A stretch of DNA of 64,000 bases from Tubulanus polymorphus (Eukaryota > Animalia > Nemertea), in the NCBI RefSeq assembly GCF_964204645.1, contig NC_134031.1, positions 20,033,910 through 20,097,909 on the forward strand. Reading direction: 5' to 3'. The position numbers were made by a program, and so were the translations under genes. The notes below the pieces were generated by a model. The model saw only the letters and a list, made by a program, of their open reading frames with translations. It made no database searches and had not been told where the DNA came from. Of the stretch, positions 61,301 through 64,000 are shown piece by piece (within the stretch, counting starts at the first letter, position 1; every line of letters begins with the position of its first letter).

Positions 61301-62437
61301 CTCTTAAAAGAGGCGCATCAAAACGAGTTGGAAAAGTTGACGCAAAGTCAACGCGAAGAGATCGAACGTTTGAAAGAAGAGATGGAGGCGGAAAAGAGAG
61401 AAGCGTTGGATAGCGTGTCTCACAGTATGACCGAATCCCATAAACAAGATATCGAGATATTACGCAGCGAGCTCGAAAAACAGAAACGATTGAGTCTCGA
61501 AAGTCCGGTGAGCGATAAATGGCAGGAGGAGAAAGATTTCGACATCGCGGCCGCTTTAGAGAAACAAAAAGTCGAGTTCGAAGAGAAAATGTCGTCGTTG
61601 AAGTGTAAATACGAACAGGAGAAAATCGACGGTATCAAAACGGTGCGATCGAGTTTGATCGCCGAGCGACAGGTGGCGTTTAATGAAGCGATCAGTCGAT
61701 TGTCGAACGAGAAAGATCGAATTATTGATGAGCTGCGACAGCGCGAACGGAAACTCGTCGAAGAGCTCGACGCCGAGAAAGAGTTAAATCAAAAACTAGC
61801 CGAAGAACAAGCGGTAATCGCGGATAAAAAAGACGTCGCGCCGGCGACGCTGATGACTTCGCAATCGGAAGCTTCCGGTTTGTCGGCGATGTGCGCGTCA
61901 GTCATACCGGTACGCGAGTTCAGCTCCGATACTCAAAATCCGATCGATCGAATTCACGAACTCGAAGCGACATTAAAAAACAAAGAAGAAGAATTTGCGC
62001 GAATGCAGCAGAAAATGATGGAGTTGTCGATGACTCAGAGCACGCGTATGATCGTACAACAACACGATAAAGTATCGATAACGACGTGTAATATCGGCGA
62101 TCTCGTTTTACTGTGTTTAGACGAACGACACGACCACTACGTCGTGTTCACCGTCGGTACTACTTTACACTTTCTCCACTCGGACTGTTTAACGACGCTC
62201 GGCTTGAAACCGGAATCCGGCGAAGCGAAGAAATCGTGGGTGTTGGCCGAAATTATCGATAAAGAATATTGCCAAGCGCGAAAGCCGCAGAATCGATTTA
62301 AAGTGCCCGTCGGAACGAAGTTCTATCGCGTTAAAGCCGTGCCGTGGGATCGCGATATCGGTGAAGCTTCGACTGGCGCTGCGAAGAAAGAAACGCCATC
62401 TACATCCGGGCTAACTGGCGGCCCTTCTATGAAATAG
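58307..62437 (+). CDS. RB1CC1: RB1-inducible coiled-coil protein 1 / FIP200 (Atg17/Atg11-like autophagy scaffold), single-exon CDS, 1376 aa
   Basis: The N-terminus reads MLYVFHMNTG...QVLLISGG...YSAGTDTNPIFLF and includes HDQHLQHQGWAAAVANL and MKEVKGLEDRL. A long coiled coil precedes a C-terminal Claw/Atg11 domain (GDLVLLCLDERHDHYVVFT..KEYCQARKPQNRFKVPVGTKFYRVKAVPW). A probable 5' UTR intron spans 57678-58213, and an ETS motif ACTTCCGG lies at 57535. Confidence 0.96.
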   Translation: MLYVFHMNTGTMLKFDIGLAMETVANLKKVIAHRQHVPEERQVLLISGGDNLEPTQRVCSYSAGTDTNPIFLFCQNTIEDGAPPISTSGGETSRSEIHDKVEATMNMSASYETVVTRAQMALALHDAAVNELKLCEQVVHDQHLQHQGWAAAVANLDDMIAYFTRWVERYKKCFEDYLENKDSFVDIVDRFDSVTELLARIPFLDKFAFACNATQLEDDGRPKCKTLLDWIETQDSRNLQDTLSICSRGLHQFDDKLLETMNQDIAAALDNASAPGMKEVKGLEDRLFKLEQFMHTSKKLVHEQGELAQGFLQNQTRASNMRDNSIFPDLCDSHKQQLQVMLKNHVRLQDCRDKCSKAKSELCLNLHTRLRWLLYVERSVSELLSRLSLDYKELERIKQTCLILEHLQRSPRIYAAIITEIYRRRHFKKQYSDWARRLSHDSQHLYSEELTRRSQIVQLVGSHFFGHLFPGLSEKPPPFATDALREFDAALPDITAEDITTLRDAVPELHDQLKVPELGIAQFLSPARKRDAVAAEVAVPDETEDVFGSIEILSPMGEEHKDCSYVRFSDKPEPTETDNENIVIVETEDDDAMFRSGESNVRSVIKRDDKPTTSSHINNNTTAASADDRALGTRAQLSVGEVLPKSRSDSDVVGDTAAVSPDTEEMSLEFATAVFYIDESMPSSMADSPPMRTRINELQAIVNEKTSLIEQQLNQLQTKDEVVAETERRFRSLRDLADSKIGDLKDDLSSTKEMVENEKAEFSEFVGVVDKTIIEMIGQFDCRKNVQNQRLIDEVKLEYAEKISGLEKELVEKSELFEKAEKQLKTLREKLTSSETQLKVSTEEHERNILDLRAAHEESNQKVIKELTLEHEVDIEKLQSDFAKELQSANDEIDAVKNELLEKQREKERAENELENLSRTLRETFESEKESLVQVMHEEFKLEKECAVSLAVSNLEKKHKEKLNSLRDDHKSALDEARAEVTDEVTRQVKEDKEREIELLKEAHQNELEKLTQSQREEIERLKEEMEAEKREALDSVSHSMTESHKQDIEILRSELEKQKRLSLESPVSDKWQEEKDFDIAAALEKQKVEFEEKMSSLKCKYEQEKIDGIKTVRSSLIAERQVAFNEAISRLSNEKDRIIDELRQRERKLVEELDAEKELNQKLAEEQAVIADKKDVAPATLMTSQSEASGLSAMCASVIPVREFSSDTQNPIDRIHELEATLKNKEEEFARMQQKMMELSMTQSTRMIVQQHDKVSITTCNIGDLVLLCLDERHDHYVVFTVGTTLHFLHSDCLTTLGLKPESGEAKKSWVLAEIIDKEYCQARKPQNRFKVPVGTKFYRVKAVPWDRDIGEASTGAAKKETPSTSGLTGGPSMK

Positions 62438-64000
62438 TTACGATACAATTGCCTGTTTTTGACATAAGGCGTTTTTATGTTAGCAACTGTTACTATCACG
62501 TGGTACAAATCGAATCGCCTCAAAATAAATGACCCTACCTTCTAGACCTGAAACCTGAATTTTCTAAGAGATTTTGTTTTTTGATCTATCGACGGTCTCT
62601 ACTGTCTCGCAAATCAAATCAAAGTGTCGTGAGGAGCGATCTCTGGCTCGTGTTGGCACCTTGATTAGATAAATGAATGTTGGAAGCAAATCGTAGGCAA
62701 GTTTCTTGAATAAATGATCGATTTGTTCCGTGTTGATGGGAGTTGCTTGAATAAAAATACCTCTATTCTGTATGTTACGTAAATCTGTTGGGTCTCAGTT
62801 AGGCTCAGGCTGTTGTTATTGGTAAATATTAAATTTGATATGACGAAACTATTGATGGAATGAACTTACTCAGAATGTGGGAAGCATCTTATAAAACCTC
62901 TTTAGGATTTAAGCAGGTATCAATTTGCAGCCTGGAAGATCACTTTGAAAGTGAGCCGGTAAATAGTGTTTAATGTCAGATTTTTGTTCATTTTCAATCG
63001 GAAATATCTAATTGGTGATGTCCTGAGCACATGTTGTGAACTGGATGATCTGAAGAATGCTGATTGAATGTCTAATATCTAATGTTTGTGAGCCTAGTTC
63101 ATTTTCAAGTCAAAATGTCTCTGCTGAATTCTCGGAAAACACACGTGAAGTGTGGATGATTGCAAATTTAAAGAATGGTGATCGAATATCTGAAGGAGGG
63201 TGCAAGTTCCGGGTAGTGGATTGATACAGATGCCTGCGTTGATTATCATATAATGAAATAAAAACACCATAATTTCTGTGATGAAACCACTATTAAAAAG
63301 TATTATATTCAACATATATTTTGGGAGTGAGAATTTATGAATTCAGTTTTTTTTTCTAGTTCGATCATTGTCTCGCTATTGTGATGCAGTCAATGTGCTA
63401 TATGCATACGTGTGATGTGAGTAAAACATGTTTTTCATAATGTGTAAAAACTAACAGCGAATTCTGGAAAGCGTCGTTAAATTAGGCCACAATGTTCAAA
63501 ATCACATTGTGTTTCAGTAAGTGGACACATGGTATATTTTGTACCCCAGAATCATCGGCCTCAAACTTTAATATTTTGATGCAGAAAACAATCGATTTCA
63601 GTGACTCATTGTATGTGTACCGGTGGTTGCAATAGTTTATGGTTAGTTTACTACGGTTACGTTGTGTATTGTGATCATTATTTCATTCACATTTGGGTTC
63701 TGTTCATTTATTTGTAACTTTGAAAATTTAGAATACTTCAAAAATGTTAAAAAAACTGACTGTTTTTTCCAATGATAAGAATTTTGGGAAAATTGTTCAT
63801 CGTCAGGGAGTTCCGAGTGTGAGATTTTAGAATTATATATTTCTACGATGTGCTTTTTTCGATGTCCCTCAATTTAGCTTTAATCGAAGTCTGGCGTGTA
63901 AAAGTTGATTTACAGTACTCATATCGGAAATGTAATGACTTTTAGGATTGTTTGATTCTCGGACGTTTACCTCATTGTTGGCTCATTATAAATGTATGTT

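Noticed and set aside
58439-62523. Multiple antisense ORFs over RB1CC1
   Set aside because: They are shadow ORFs caused by the codon bias of the real gene.

Overview
This is an AT-rich, intron-containing animal genomic window, probably from a lophotrochozoan-type invertebrate (inferred from gene content and repeat types). About 1-22 kb is non-coding. It holds a 58-59 bp satellite, 64 bp and 29 bp minisatellites, microsatellites, many small inverted-repeat or MITE-like and DINE/Helentron-like elements, and a minimal Penelope-type hammerhead motif. I assembled these genes by hand from splice sites: (1) a 5-exon C1orf21/DUF4612-like myristoylated protein (+, 26285-31147); (2) a 9-exon minus-strand gene that the ORF track shows only as fragments, encoding a furin-site propeptide, three Ig-like domains and a GPI-type tail (35307-40289), whose first two recognisable exons lie in a ~1.19 kb tandem duplication; (3) an intronless class A GPCR (40610-41602); (4) RER1 (-, 6 exons), head-to-head with (5) a 22-exon DIS3L2 that has a ~570 aa low-complexity N-terminal extension and one GC-AG intron; (6) RB1CC1/FIP200 with an intronless 4.1 kb CDS. 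No rRNA, tRNA, CRISPR array or autonomous transposon ORF was seen. Coordinates were counted manually and may be off by a few bases, especially at repeat ends.
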